DNA of 64,000 nt from an uncultured delta proteobacterium. Lineage in GTDB: Bacteria; Desulfobacterota; Desulfomonilia; Desulfomonilales; Desulfomonilaceae. Location: contig CAWBKB010000001.1 in the NCBI GenBank assembly GCA_963789265.1, forward strand, positions 2,432,001 to 2,496,000. The letters run 5' to 3'. The notes beneath the pieces were generated by a model that was given only the letters and a program-made list of their open reading frames with translations, was not told the DNA's origin and searched no databases. A program made the position numbers and the translations under genes. Shown here piece by piece: positions 1 to 8,942 of the stretch; within the stretch, counting starts at the first letter, position 1, and each line of letters opens with the position of its first letter.

Positions 1-216
1 CAAATGGATTTCACGCCGCATCCTGGCAGAGTCCAACCACTGTGTTTGCACGATGGTCCCGAAATCGCTCAACTGTGACTCTCCGTCGTGTGTTGCTCCA
101 AACAAACATTCCCGCTCGTGCGTGCAAATAGTGACGAAGTATGCTCCTCCCTGAGAATAATCATAATCTTTCAGGCGAATTGAACGCCTGTAATGTTTTT
201 CCGGATCATGTTTCAT
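1..216 (-). CDS. REP-associated tyrosine transposase (RAYT, Y1 family), N-terminal part; runs off the left edge
   Basis: Not in the ORF track. Manual translation from ATG at 216 gives MKHDPEKHYRRSIRLKDYDYSQGGAYFVTICTHERECLFG..., the typical RAYT N-terminus (RRSIRL.GYDYS..GAYFVTICT). A GTAG-REP doublet lies directly upstream. Confidence 0.85.
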   Translation of the reverse strand, partial: MKHDPEKHYRRSIRLKDYDYSQGGAYFVTICTHERECLFGATHDGESQLSDFGTIVQTQWLDSARMRREIHL

Positions 217-269
217 TTCTTGACTTCGTGACGGGGCTCCACCAGGCGCCAGATCTTCACGGTTACTCA

Positions 270-341
270 TGTAGGGGCGACTGGCGGTCGCCCTTCTGTA
301 CTTGCTTCGGAAAGTTAGGGCGACCGCCAGTCGCCCCTACA
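270..341. repeat. GTAG-type REP doublet (REPIN)
   Basis: GTAGGGGCGACTGGCGGTCGCCCT (271-294) and its exact reverse complement (317-340); each unit is internally palindromic. Confidence 0.9.
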
Positions 342-377
342 GTAACAACATCCCGAGTGTCGGGCTGTGAAACCGCT

Positions 378-716
378 TCAAAAGAAATCTGCGTTGAATG
401 CGTCTTGGATGATTTCCACGACTGCGGGCTCACCCATTGTAACAATTACGACATCAAAACGTGCCGGCGGAACCTCACGGTAACGTTTTTCCAGATAGAT
501 TTGCGCTGCTCGTATGATTCTCTTCTGCTTTTGCCGGTCCACGGAAAACACAGGGTTTAGCGCTGAGGCCGACCCTCGCGACCGCACCTCGACAAACACG
601 AGCTCTCCCTGGTGTTGCGCTACAATATCTATTTCACCGAGCTTGCATGCAAAGTTCTTCTCGACAATACGATAGCCGCGGCCTTGGAGGTCGTCAGCCG
701 CGATTTGTTCGGCCAA
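378..716 (-). CDS. yraN: YraN/UPF0102 family putative endonuclease (true start may be slightly upstream)
   Basis: Motifs GEIDIVA, LVFVEVRSR and RFDVV. Confidence 0.9.
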   Translation of the reverse strand: MAEQIAADDLQGRGYRIVEKNFACKLGEIDIVAQHQGELVFVEVRSRGSASALNPVFSVDRQKQKRIIRAAQIYLEKRYREVPPARFDVVIVTMGEPAVVEIIQDAFNADFF

Positions 717-792
717 ACTACCTTTGTCACGGGTGTTCGTGCCACTTTTTGCTCGCGATAATAAATCTTTCAGAATTGGAGGGCCTCTCCTC

Positions 793-3700
793 TTACAATT
801 TCGCTTCCATCATTCGTTCGTGCAACCGCCGAGACTGCAAGGCGAATGCTTCCAATCTCGCTTCAATAATCTGAGGAAATGCATTCCCATCGGTTTCAAT
901 AGCCAGAAACGGGAGTTTTTGATTCTTGTTCAACAAAGACTTCCGGCCACGGTCATGGCCGTTGGTTTGTGAAAGGAGGGCCAATTTCTCACCGGAAGTG
1001 AATTTTTCCGAGAGAATTGATTCAGCTACTCTGCTGGGCATACAACCGAACGGCCCGATAGAGATGATCCCGCATGCAGGATGAAGGATTTCGTGAAGGG
1101 CCGCGCCCACCGTCAGAATCGCCTCGCCAGTGAGCATCGGTGAAACGAATTTCTCCCCTGCGTGGATAAGATCCTCAACGTAAAGGGTCTCGTGAAAGAA
1201 CAGGCCCGACGGAGCAAACAGATGTCGAATCTTTCGGTCAAAATGCCGTTTCACAAAATACCGAATCCAGAAAGGAATGTCCGGCTGGCCTTCTATGCGA
1301 TTCTTTATGAGCCAATCGACATATTTTATCCATTCGCTGGTCTGAGAAGTTCGCACAATGAATCCACGGTCTGCCATCTTTTCAACCAGCTTCTGCAAAG
1401 AGATGGGATCATTTCGCACGTATATCTCGCCGATGAGCGAGATCTTTGGGATCTCCTCGTACGGCATCTTCAGAGGGATACCGGCCAACGTTTGAGCCGA
1501 GGATCGAATCTGAACGCGGATCTCTTTCCACGAACGATGGACGACTTGCACAAGAGAATCCCATTCACGATAAAATATCTCCAGAGCCGATTCCCGATCC
1601 GCGGCCGCGGCCATTAGCGTGGACCAGATCTCATACATCACGTCACCGATGATAATGGCCCGCCATGCGGGTAAAGTGAAACGATCTCCCAATCCCATAT
1701 ACCCGTTCGCCGAATTCAACGTGAGCACAGCCGCGTCGGGGATTTGGTATCTTTCGATGAGGCGACGAGAAAACACATTGTACTGGCCGAACCGGCACGG
1801 ACCACCCGCTCCGGGCATGAAATAGGCGGTCACTTCACCCGACGGCCTTTCACGCCAGAAATAGTTGAGCATAGACCCTACAGTGGTTTGGAGAGGTAAA
1901 CACTCTTTGCAGGTAGAGTTCCCGCGACCGATCTTGAGCACTTCATCGTCCGCAGGCGGCAGGCCATGAGCGTTAATCCCGACCTTCTTGAAGGTTTGGA
2001 CGAGCGCCTGATGAGCGAAGCGGCCCATTGCGGGCAAGACGACTCGGACATTGGGGTCGGTAAGGGCTAGCTTTCTCCCGTCAGCGGTAGCAACGACCGG
2101 TTTTCCATCGACGATTGCAGCGACCGCGGCCCGAAACTCTTTCCGGGTCGCGGGAAGTTGCTTCTTGCTTTCAAGCTCTACGTAGTACCTTACAATATCG
2201 AGAAAAGCCTCTATACGTGTTTCAAGTCCGGCGTCCGCGGTGTGACTGTCGAGTTCCAGAGTCAGCGAGGGCTTACGCCCCATTTCTTCTCGGAAATATC
2301 CCACCACGAAGGAGTCCGGTCCGCACGAAAAGTTGCTGATATAAGTCCCGAACAGCCTCGGGTGATTCTTGACGAACCGGGCAGCCTTCAGAATCATCCT
2401 GCCCATGGACCAGTACATAGTATCCTCGTCGTCGAAGGTTTGGTCTTCGTAGGGCAGCATGTCAAACGGTATTATCCGATAACCCCTTGACGCGAATTTA
2501 GCCGGTATGCCTTTGTTAGCCTCACCTGCGAAGGCATTGTAGGGTCGGCCGAAAAGTACGATTGCAAGGGCGTCGCGATCTTCTTCAAGCTCTTGCAGCA
2601 TTTTTGCGCCCGAAGCGCGCATCTCTTCTCTGCAAGCGGCCTGAGCCTCCAGCGCTTCCCTGAATGCCCGCAACCCATCGGCCCGCGAGCGACCCAACTC
2701 CAAAGCAACCTTGATAAATTCATCGGTTCTCGGTTCGAAACCTCGGCTAAGATCCAGATAAGGAGTGACCACCTTCTTGGACTGCAAGCGCTCAAAGGTA
2801 CTCTTCAGGTAAAAGGCTTCCCCTTGAACGAAAACGCAGGTACAGGTGTTGGCGTTCTCGCTGTCGGTGGGTACGCCTCTTATGTGCGGAAGAAAGAGTA
2901 TTTCAGGTTCCTTGTCCAGGAGGTTCGCCATGAACCCATGAGCTATTTCCACAGGGAAACAGAAAGCTGCACCCTGCTGATCGACCCCTGCCGCTTCTAC
3001 TGAGTCGGGCAATACCAACCGGTATCCCAGCGTCTTGAAAAAGGCATTAAAGAACGGGAAATAGGTATTTACGAGGAACGAACGGTTCATGCCGATTGTT
3101 GGCCGGTTATCCACCACGCCGGCGGCATCGAGATCGCGAAAAACGATTCTTTGGCGATGGTCCACCATGTCGAGGGCGCTCTTGTCGAATTCCAAGTGAC
3201 GGATAAGATTTACGTACCGGTTACAAGCACCGCCAAAGGGGTACGTTTTCCCCTCTATCTCAATCCGAGCAATTTCACACCTTCGGTCACATTTTTCTTT
3301 CCCGCCGCCGCACACAAAAGGGTTCTTGTAGACCACGTCACGAGCGGCCAGTCGGTTGAGGTCAAAAGAAGCCTCGTTCAGCAGTCCGACTGCAATTCGC
3401 CTTTCCACTTCGAGTGCCACCCCGAATGCGCCCATGAGTCCGGGTTCGGGTGGGACAACAATTTCTTTTCCGGTGAGCGCGGACATGGCCGCAGGAATTG
3501 CCTCGTTGTAGCAGACCCCGCCCTGCATAAAGACCTTTTTTCCAACCGGCCTATTGCCTTTGACTCGGTTCGAGTAATTCATGCAGATGGAATACACTAA
3601 GCCTGCTACGATATCGTTTACGGGGATCCCCTCCTGTGCTGCATTTTTTATGTCAGACCCTATGAAAGCGGCGCACTGATCGTTGAAGTTTGGAGGATTT

Positions 3701-5079
3701 TGGCCCGTATATGCCACCGAGCCGATGTCGGTAACTTTGAGCCCGAGACTCTCTTTAGCCGACTCCTCCAGGAATGAGCCCGTCCCAGCGCTGCACGCTT
3801 CATTCATTGCGTAGTCGCTGGGGACCCCGTTGGTAATGTACGTATATTTCGCATCCTGGCCCCCGATTTCGAAAATGGTATCCACCTGAGGGTCAAAGTG
3901 CACTGCCGCGGCGGCATGCGCTATGATCTCGTTGAGCACGCCGTCGGTCATTGCGTGAAGTCCGGAAATCTGCCGACCCGATCCGGTAACTCCCAATCCT
4001 ATGATGCTTATGGGGACATCAATCTGTTGGGCGAGGCTGCTGTAGACTTTCCGGGAAGCTCCAACCGGATCGCCGTCGGTTCGAAGGTAGTCGGCTGCCA
4101 GTATAGCCTTATCGCGGCAGCGCATGATTACCCCCTTGGTTGTAGTGGACCCCACATCCAGACCCAACACCGTGCGGTCGCCGGCTTCAGCTTTTCCCCG
4201 AGGCCGATCTTCGAAACGGACCATGTGCCGAAATTCCGACAAGGGCTTGAGGTATGAGAAGGCAGACCCTTTATTCTGATAGACATCATCGGGGCCGGTG
4301 TAAGGGACAGTAGGATTATCCAGAGCCCACAAAGCAGCCCCAAGTGCTTCAAAATAGGGAGACTCTTCGGGGATGTGAAGGTCTTCAATCTCCTTGGCGA
4401 GATAATGCATCATGGTCTGATTACGGGATGAACCGCCGACGAGAAGTACAGACTTCTTCGGCAGCTTTTTCAGCAACTCGACCACTTTGGCGGCCATCAT
4501 CTTGGCGAGGCCGGCCACCACCTGCCCCTTCGGGATGCCCTTGTTCAGAGCGTGAGTGCAGTCACTCTTGCAGAAGACGGAACACCGGCCCGAGACCTTG
4601 TGTGGGTGGTCGGATATTCCGAGCTTGGCCACGTCCTCAAGGGTAATGTTCATCCTCCGGATTTGTTGGAGAAAGAACTCACCTGTGCCGGAAGCGCATT
4701 TGTTACCGGTTTGTATTCCCTGGATTTGCCCGTCTTCATCCAGGTGGTACACGAGAAATGTCTCTCCTCCCGCGCTGACGACCACTCGATAAGAATCATC
4801 CTTGCCGAGTATATGTGCCACAGCTCTCTCGACTGCCTCGGGTTCGGATATGGTAGTCAACCTGATAAAATTAATGAATTTTCGTCCAGTGACTGCTATC
4901 GGGATGTCACGAGCTTGAGGGATCTCTTCAAGTGCATCGAGCAGGGTTTTCCTGGGGTTCCCCTCATGGGTGATCGTCGAGGCACCAATTACCTCGATCA
5001 CATCGTCATCCTTGCGCAGGCGCACCATGCCGAGCGTGGAGGCTCCCAAACAAATACCCAGAGCTTCCATGAGCAACAC
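793..5079 (-). CDS. CoA-substrate-specific enzyme activase (two BadF/BadG/BcrA/BcrD ATPase domains plus DUF2229/dehydratase-like domains)
   Basis: GNKCASGTGEF, CSVFCKSD, DVGSTTTK, EIGGQDAK, MNEACSAGTGSF, NFSCGPDS, GPCRFGQY, GPFGCMP. Confidence 0.9.
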   Translation of the reverse strand: MLLMEALGICLGASTLGMVRLRKDDDVIEVIGASTITHEGNPRKTLLDALEEIPQARDIPIAVTGRKFINFIRLTTISEPEAVERAVAHILGKDDSYRVVVSAGGETFLVYHLDEDGQIQGIQTGNKCASGTGEFFLQQIRRMNITLEDVAKLGISDHPHKVSGRCSVFCKSDCTHALNKGIPKGQVVAGLAKMMAAKVVELLKKLPKKSVLLVGGSSRNQTMMHYLAKEIEDLHIPEESPYFEALGAALWALDNPTVPYTGPDDVYQNKGSAFSYLKPLSEFRHMVRFEDRPRGKAEAGDRTVLGLDVGSTTTKGVIMRCRDKAILAADYLRTDGDPVGASRKVYSSLAQQIDVPISIIGLGVTGSGRQISGLHAMTDGVLNEIIAHAAAAVHFDPQVDTIFEIGGQDAKYTYITNGVPSDYAMNEACSAGTGSFLEESAKESLGLKVTDIGSVAYTGQNPPNFNDQCAAFIGSDIKNAAQEGIPVNDIVAGLVYSICMNYSNRVKGNRPVGKKVFMQGGVCYNEAIPAAMSALTGKEIVVPPEPGLMGAFGVALEVERRIAVGLLNEASFDLNRLAARDVVYKNPFVCGGGKEKCDRRCEIARIEIEGKTYPFGGACNRYVNLIRHLEFDKSALDMVDHRQRIVFRDLDAAGVVDNRPTIGMNRSFLVNTYFPFFNAFFKTLGYRLVLPDSVEAAGVDQQGAAFCFPVEIAHGFMANLLDKEPEILFLPHIRGVPTDSENANTCTCVFVQGEAFYLKSTFERLQSKKVVTPYLDLSRGFEPRTDEFIKVALELGRSRADGLRAFREALEAQAACREEMRASGAKMLQELEEDRDALAIVLFGRPYNAFAGEANKGIPAKFASRGYRIIPFDMLPYEDQTFDDEDTMYWSMGRMILKAARFVKNHPRLFGTYISNFSCGPDSFVVGYFREEMGRKPSLTLELDSHTADAGLETRIEAFLDIVRYYVELESKKQLPATRKEFRAAVAAIVDGKPVVATADGRKLALTDPNVRVVLPAMGRFAHQALVQTFKKVGINAHGLPPADDEVLKIGRGNSTCKECLPLQTTVGSMLNYFWRERPSGEVTAYFMPGAGGPCRFGQYNVFSRRLIERYQIPDAAVLTLNSANGYMGLGDRFTLPAWRAIIIGDVMYEIWSTLMAAAADRESALEIFYREWDSLVQVVHRSWKEIRVQIRSSAQTLAGIPLKMPYEEIPKISLIGEIYVRNDPISLQKLVEKMADRGFIVRTSQTSEWIKYVDWLIKNRIEGQPDIPFWIRYFVKRHFDRKIRHLFAPSGLFFHETLYVEDLIHAGEKFVSPMLTGEAILTVGAALHEILHPACGIISIGPFGCMPSRVAESILSEKFTSGEKLALLSQTNGHDRGRKSLLNKNQKLPFLAIETDGNAFPQIIEARLEAFALQSRRLHERMMEAKL

Positions 5080-5213
5080 TCCCTTTTTTGCTTACGGGTG
5101 ATTCTGTATAGGAATAACTTAAACTACTAGTATAAACGAGCCGCACATGACCGGCAAGACTTACTCAGCAAGGCGGGCAAATCGTTAATTCGCGCTGGAG
5201 AATCGCTCCAAAT

Positions 5214-5867
5214 TCAATGAAAGTACTCGTAAATCCCCAGCGTAATCAGAATCAACCCGGAAATTCGGCCGGCAAACTTTCCAAACCAATGCACGCCGGA
5301 ATATTGCCCGAACTCTATCCCAAACCAAATCGTGAGAATGCTAAGTGCCGCTGTGAATGCTACCATCAAGGCCACATCGAGTCTCAACAGGCCCGCGCCG
5401 ATCCCATTGCTCAAATTATTCAACGATAATGCCAGGGCCAGCAAGAATCCTTCCCTCAGGTCGATGTGCCCGGAAAAATCCGCGTCAGCGAGAAATGGAT
5501 GATCGAGAATCGCAAGCATCTTCCTGAGACCCGACTGATTGGAAAGCGTCGTCTCTTGAAACTGCTGGGGCCCATCGCTTTGTAACTCATCCCGTCGAGA
5601 AATCTCCTGAGCAAAGACCCAAACTCCTGTGCCTCCAATCATGAGAGCGCCCAGGGCAGTCGCCACATTTTGATTTATGAGGCGGCCTATTTCGTTGCCG
5701 GCGGCCATCGAAAGATAAGTTCCGAAAGATGTGACGATAGCAATAAGCAAATTAGCGTTGAAAGGGATATTTATCTTTCTGACTCCGTAGGACGTACCAA
5801 CTCCCACGTTATCAAGGTTGCTCGACAGGGCAAGCAAAAAGATAGAAATGATATGTAGATTGGTCAT
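5214..5867 (-). CDS. YtaF/MntP-family membrane protein (putative Mn2+ efflux family)
   Basis: Duplicated motif ALSSNLDNVGVG / ALSLNNLSNGIGAG, about six hydrophobic helices, central ADADFSGHID loop. Confidence 0.8.
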   Translation of the reverse strand: MTNLHIISIFLLALSSNLDNVGVGTSYGVRKINIPFNANLLIAIVTSFGTYLSMAAGNEIGRLINQNVATALGALMIGGTGVWVFAQEISRRDELQSDGPQQFQETTLSNQSGLRKMLAILDHPFLADADFSGHIDLREGFLLALALSLNNLSNGIGAGLLRLDVALMVAFTAALSILTIWFGIEFGQYSGVHWFGKFAGRISGLILITLGIYEYFH

Positions 5868-5884
5868 TCTTCTCTCTAATGAGA

Positions 5885-6298
5885 TTAGCCGGGCGCGCTG
5901 TCTTCGGTCTCGTCCTTCTTTGTGTCGGCCCTTTTTCTCTCTTTATGCTCTACTAATCTCGGTTTCGGATGTGCGTCAGCGCCCGCCCCTTGCGCAGGAC
6001 GTGCCTTTTCCGTCGCCTCCGATTCCTTTTCCTTGACCGCGCTCACTTTCCGAGCCGACGGTCGCTTCTCTTTGCTTACGGCCGCGGACCGCCCTTCCCT
6101 TCGGCCTTCGCAAACCTCCGCGCAAGTTTGCCGTCCCGTTTCGTACAGCAGGAACCCGCTCTTTAGAATCGCCTTTAGCAACGGCCTCACAGTGTACCAT
6201 GCCAACGGCACAACCACAGGCGCTGCGAGTAAACCGGCGCCGACTGCGACACCGGTCCAGATATCGCCACTCTTCGGTCTGAAATCCCAGATTGCCAT
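5885..6298 (-). CDS. DUF5132-like small membrane protein with a basic/charged tail (paralogue of 12856-13122)
   Basis: WTGVAVGAGLLAAPVVVP...RPLLKAILKSGFLLYE closely parallels the 13 kb protein. Start placed at ATG 6298 after a purine-rich RBS. Confidence 0.75.
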   Translation of the reverse strand: MAIWDFRPKSGDIWTGVAVGAGLLAAPVVVPLAWYTVRPLLKAILKSGFLLYETGRQTCAEVCEGRREGRSAAVSKEKRPSARKVSAVKEKESEATEKARPAQGAGADAHPKPRLVEHKERKRADTKKDETEDSAPG

Positions 6299-6383
6299 GT
6301 GCTGCCCCTCTCTACCGGACTGTTTTGGGCGCCACGACACCGCAATCAGGTATGCTATCAGACATAAGGCTGTCGTCAGCCGC

Positions 6384-6411
6384 TGACAATGTCAAGTTAG
6401 GATTCTGTCAA
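6384..6411 (-). promoter_or_regulatory. Possible 11-bp-periodic direct-repeat box upstream of the DUF5132-ytaF unit
   Basis: Minus strand TTGACA-N5-CTAACT-N5-TTGTCA; a weaker match than the other boxes. Confidence 0.35.
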
Positions 6412-6441
6412 TCGCGTTTGTCATGACACCAAATGAAAGAC

Positions 6442-6624
6442 TCAGTCTTCAGTCAACTCGTCAACAATAAGAGAACCGATTTTACTCTCCGCGGCTTCTA
6501 TTTCTTCTATCTCCTTGCAAGTCGTCGGGCTTAGGAGGCCGTAGGTCTCGACGATCTTTTCCAGATATTCGGCGATTACTCGTCCCAGGTGCATCCCCAC
6601 CGACAATCCGATCCAAAACTCCAT
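6442..6624 (-). CDS. Small protein with N-terminal GxxxGxxxG helix and acidic tail
   Basis: MEFWIGLSVGMHLG...; GGGGA upstream of the ATG; co-oriented with the cluster genes. Confidence 0.5.
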   Translation of the reverse strand: MEFWIGLSVGMHLGRVIAEYLEKIVETYGLLSPTTCKEIEEIEAAESKIGSLIVDELTED

Positions 6625-6750
6625 GATGTTTCCCCATAAGGTCTGAGATGTGAGAGGCCCGCGCCGTAGCGATTTACCAGCCCCACGCGGCGCGCTGAGC
6701 CAGTCCTACCGCGTATATGCCGGGTATGCTGTACCTGCCGGCCAGGTCTA

Positions 6751-6841
6751 ATACCGATTCGCATTCAGAATCCCCCCGTCCCCCCTTTACTAAAGGAGGG
6801 TTAGAGGGGATTTTCTCACAATCTTGAAAGCGAATCGGTAT
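6751..6841. mobile_element. MITE-like element with 17-bp terminal inverted repeats, enclosing a CCCCCTTT/AAAGGAGGG palindromic repeat
   Basis: ATACCGATTCGCATTCA / TGAAAGCGAATCGGTAT (16/17 match). Related ends occur near 20868, 28614, 33598 and 56293. Confidence 0.7.
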
Positions 6842-7008
6842 AAAACCGGACGAGCAGCCTTCCCGACGAAGAGTTGCTTTCCGGTCTTACCCCATTGTCG
6901 CCACAGTCCCTCGCCCCATGTAGACATTTTGCGGACCCCAACACGGCGTCGCAAGCCTAAGATCATGCAAAGACATGAAATCCTCAAAGAAGACTTCCAC
7001 ATTAAGAA

Positions 7009-7037
7009 TTAATTTGTTGCTAATACTAGCCTAACAT
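7009..7037 (+). promoter_or_regulatory. 11-bp-periodic direct repeats (OmpR/PhoB-type box) upstream of the HMA2-like gene
   Basis: TTAATTT (7009), CTAATAC (7020), CTAACAT (7031). Confidence 0.5.
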
Positions 7038-7129
7038 TTTGTCGGCATTAGTTTAAACAGATTCATACGACGAAATTCCTCGTCGTCCAAATAGTCGTAC
7101 TGCTGGTCAGAATCCAAAGGGAGAAAGGC

Positions 7130-7501
7130 ATGAGCTATTATCTCCACGACGTGCCGGGGCGTATGAGAATCCAGATTCCGGCGTTGAAGAGGAATTCCGA
7201 ACGGGCGCAAGATGTTCAGGAGCTGTTGGACAGCCTCTCGGGCGTCAAATCGACCTCCGTGAACCCTGTTACAGGGAGTGTGATAGTTCTTTACGATCCG
7301 CAAGTAGTGCATTCTTCGACCATTCTGACACTTCTTTCCAGGGAAAGGCACATTGACATCGCAAGAATAATCTCAAGCCGTCAACATCTCGAGGCTGGCC
7401 TTTCCAAGGCGGGCCGCGCAGCGTCCAAAGCCCTCATAGGTATCGCATTGGATCTAGCGTTAGAGGGTTCTCCCTTATCGATTCTCACAGCCTTCATTTA
7501 G
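7130..7501 (+). CDS. HMA2-like (Cys-less heavy-metal-associated fold) protein
   Basis: YLHDVPGRMRI...GVKSTSVNPVTGSVIVLYDP; RBS GGAG. Confidence 0.8.
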   Translation: MSYYLHDVPGRMRIQIPALKRNSERAQDVQELLDSLSGVKSTSVNPVTGSVIVLYDPQVVHSSTILTLLSRERHIDIARIISSRQHLEAGLSKAGRAASKALIGIALDLALEGSPLSILTAFI

Positions 7502-7522
7502 AGTTTCCCGCTAAAATAGGCC

Positions 7523-7680
7523 GCACCTAAATTCGCTCCTTGTCCCCAATTCTCGAGCGGGCGCAGCATCCTGCGCCCCCACCTTCGTAACGTGACTGGC
7601 CTCTTGGTGGCGACGGGCATCTTGCCCGTCATTTCTAATGGACAGGCTGGAAGCCTGTCCCACCAATCTAAATTCGGTGC
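7523..7680. repeat. Cluster of short palindromic REP-like repeats between convergent genes
   Basis: GGGCGCAGCATCCTGCGCCC, GACGGGCATCTTGCCCGTC and GGACAGGCTGGAAGCCTGTCC, bracketed by GCACCTAAATT / AAATTCGGTGC. Confidence 0.7.
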
Positions 7681-7751
7681 CAACTCTCTCGAAAACCACT
7701 ATAAACGAATTTCGATGCGGTCCGCGGTCGTTGATGAAACGCGCCGAGCAA

Positions 7752-8942
7752 CTACGACCTTAGTAGATCTGCTTTGTCGGTGGCCTCCCACGGCAAATCC
7801 ATATCTGTCCGTCCGAAATGCCCATACGCGGCAAGTTTGCGATAGAAGCCATCACTGGACATCGATGGTAGCTTTGTCAAATTGAATTGTCTGACAATCC
7901 CGCCTAGCCTGAAATCGAAATGCTTCTCCACAAGGGCACTGATTTTGTCATCGGAAAGCTTGCCCGTTCCCATAGTCTCAACCTGGATGCTGACCGGCCC
8001 TGAAAGTCCTATCGAATAGCTAAGCTGGACCTCGCACTGTTCGGCAAGCCCTGCGGCGACAACATTCTTGGCCGCGTAACGAGCTGCATACGCACCGACC
8101 CTGTCAATTCTTAACGCATCTTTTCCGCTCAGAGCCGATCCGCTGTTTCTGGAATAACCTCCGTAAGTGTCGATGGCATTCTTTCGACCTGTCAGTCCTG
8201 AGTGCACCGACGGCCCGCCCATTTTCAAAGGGCCTCCCGGATTGATCAGGATACTGGTGTTCCCGTCAGGGACTATAGGCTCACCCTCAAATGCCTCTTT
8301 TATGACCGTTTCCATCACATCGTCTCGAAGTCGGTCCAGTTTGGGATGGGTCCGATCTATCTGGCTTGAATTGATCGTGATACTGTGGATCCTGTGCGGA
8401 ATGCGATTGTCGTATTCGACTCCGACCTGGGTGGTGCCGTCAGGCGCCAAGTATGGCAATACGCCTTGCAGCCTCACCTCGGAGAGCCTCTTCGAAAGCT
8501 TGTGGGCAAGCCATATCGGAAGCGGCATAAGCGTCGGTGATTGATTGCAAGCAAAACCGAATAACGTTACCTGGTCGTATGCCACGACTCTATCTATGTC
8601 CTCTTCGGACACATCGTCTTCGGCAACCAGGCAGTGCTGCTCCGGCGTCATTTCTTTGAGGCTGGTCAATATGCTGCAAGTCTTGAAGTTGAATTCATGG
8701 TCAATGTACCCGATCCGCCGGATAACCTTTCTGGCCACATTAGGAAAATCGACCTTCACGCCGGATGCAAATCTTGCAGCAATGAACACCACTGACAGTG
8801 ACACTGCGCACTCGGCGATAACCCGGGCGCATAAGTCATGCTCGAGAAAACGGTCTATGATGGCATCGCTTATCTGATCGCACAGCTTGTCCGGGTGTCC
8901 TTCGGTGACCGATTCGGACGTGTGGATGAAGTGCTTTTTCAT
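7752..8942 (-). CDS. Divergent S-adenosylmethionine synthetase (MetK) paralogue
   Basis: TSESVTEGHPDK, GLTGRK, DTYGG, SGKD and AAYGHFGR are present, but GAGDQG is VAYDQV and the substrate residues are changed. Start overlaps the ATPase stop (ATGA, 8939-8942). Confidence 0.85.
   Translation of the reverse strand: MKKHFIHTSESVTEGHPDKLCDQISDAIIDRFLEHDLCARVIAECAVSLSVVFIAARFASGVKVDFPNVARKVIRRIGYIDHEFNFKTCSILTSLKEMTPEQHCLVAEDDVSEEDIDRVVAYDQVTLFGFACNQSPTLMPLPIWLAHKLSKRLSEVRLQGVLPYLAPDGTTQVGVEYDNRIPHRIHSITINSSQIDRTHPKLDRLRDDVMETVIKEAFEGEPIVPDGNTSILINPGGPLKMGGPSVHSGLTGRKNAIDTYGGYSRNSGSALSGKDALRIDRVGAYAARYAAKNVVAAGLAEQCEVQLSYSIGLSGPVSIQVETMGTGKLSDDKISALVEKHFDFRLGGIVRQFNLTKLPSMSSDGFYRKLAAYGHFGRTDMDLPWEATDKADLLRS

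Noticed and set aside
141..560. Plus-strand 139-aa ORF and many other antisense or overlapping ORFs (e.g. 22518-23732, 47157-48431, 38173-38994)
   Set aside because: They shadow well-supported genes or repeats on the opposite strand and have no recognisable motifs.
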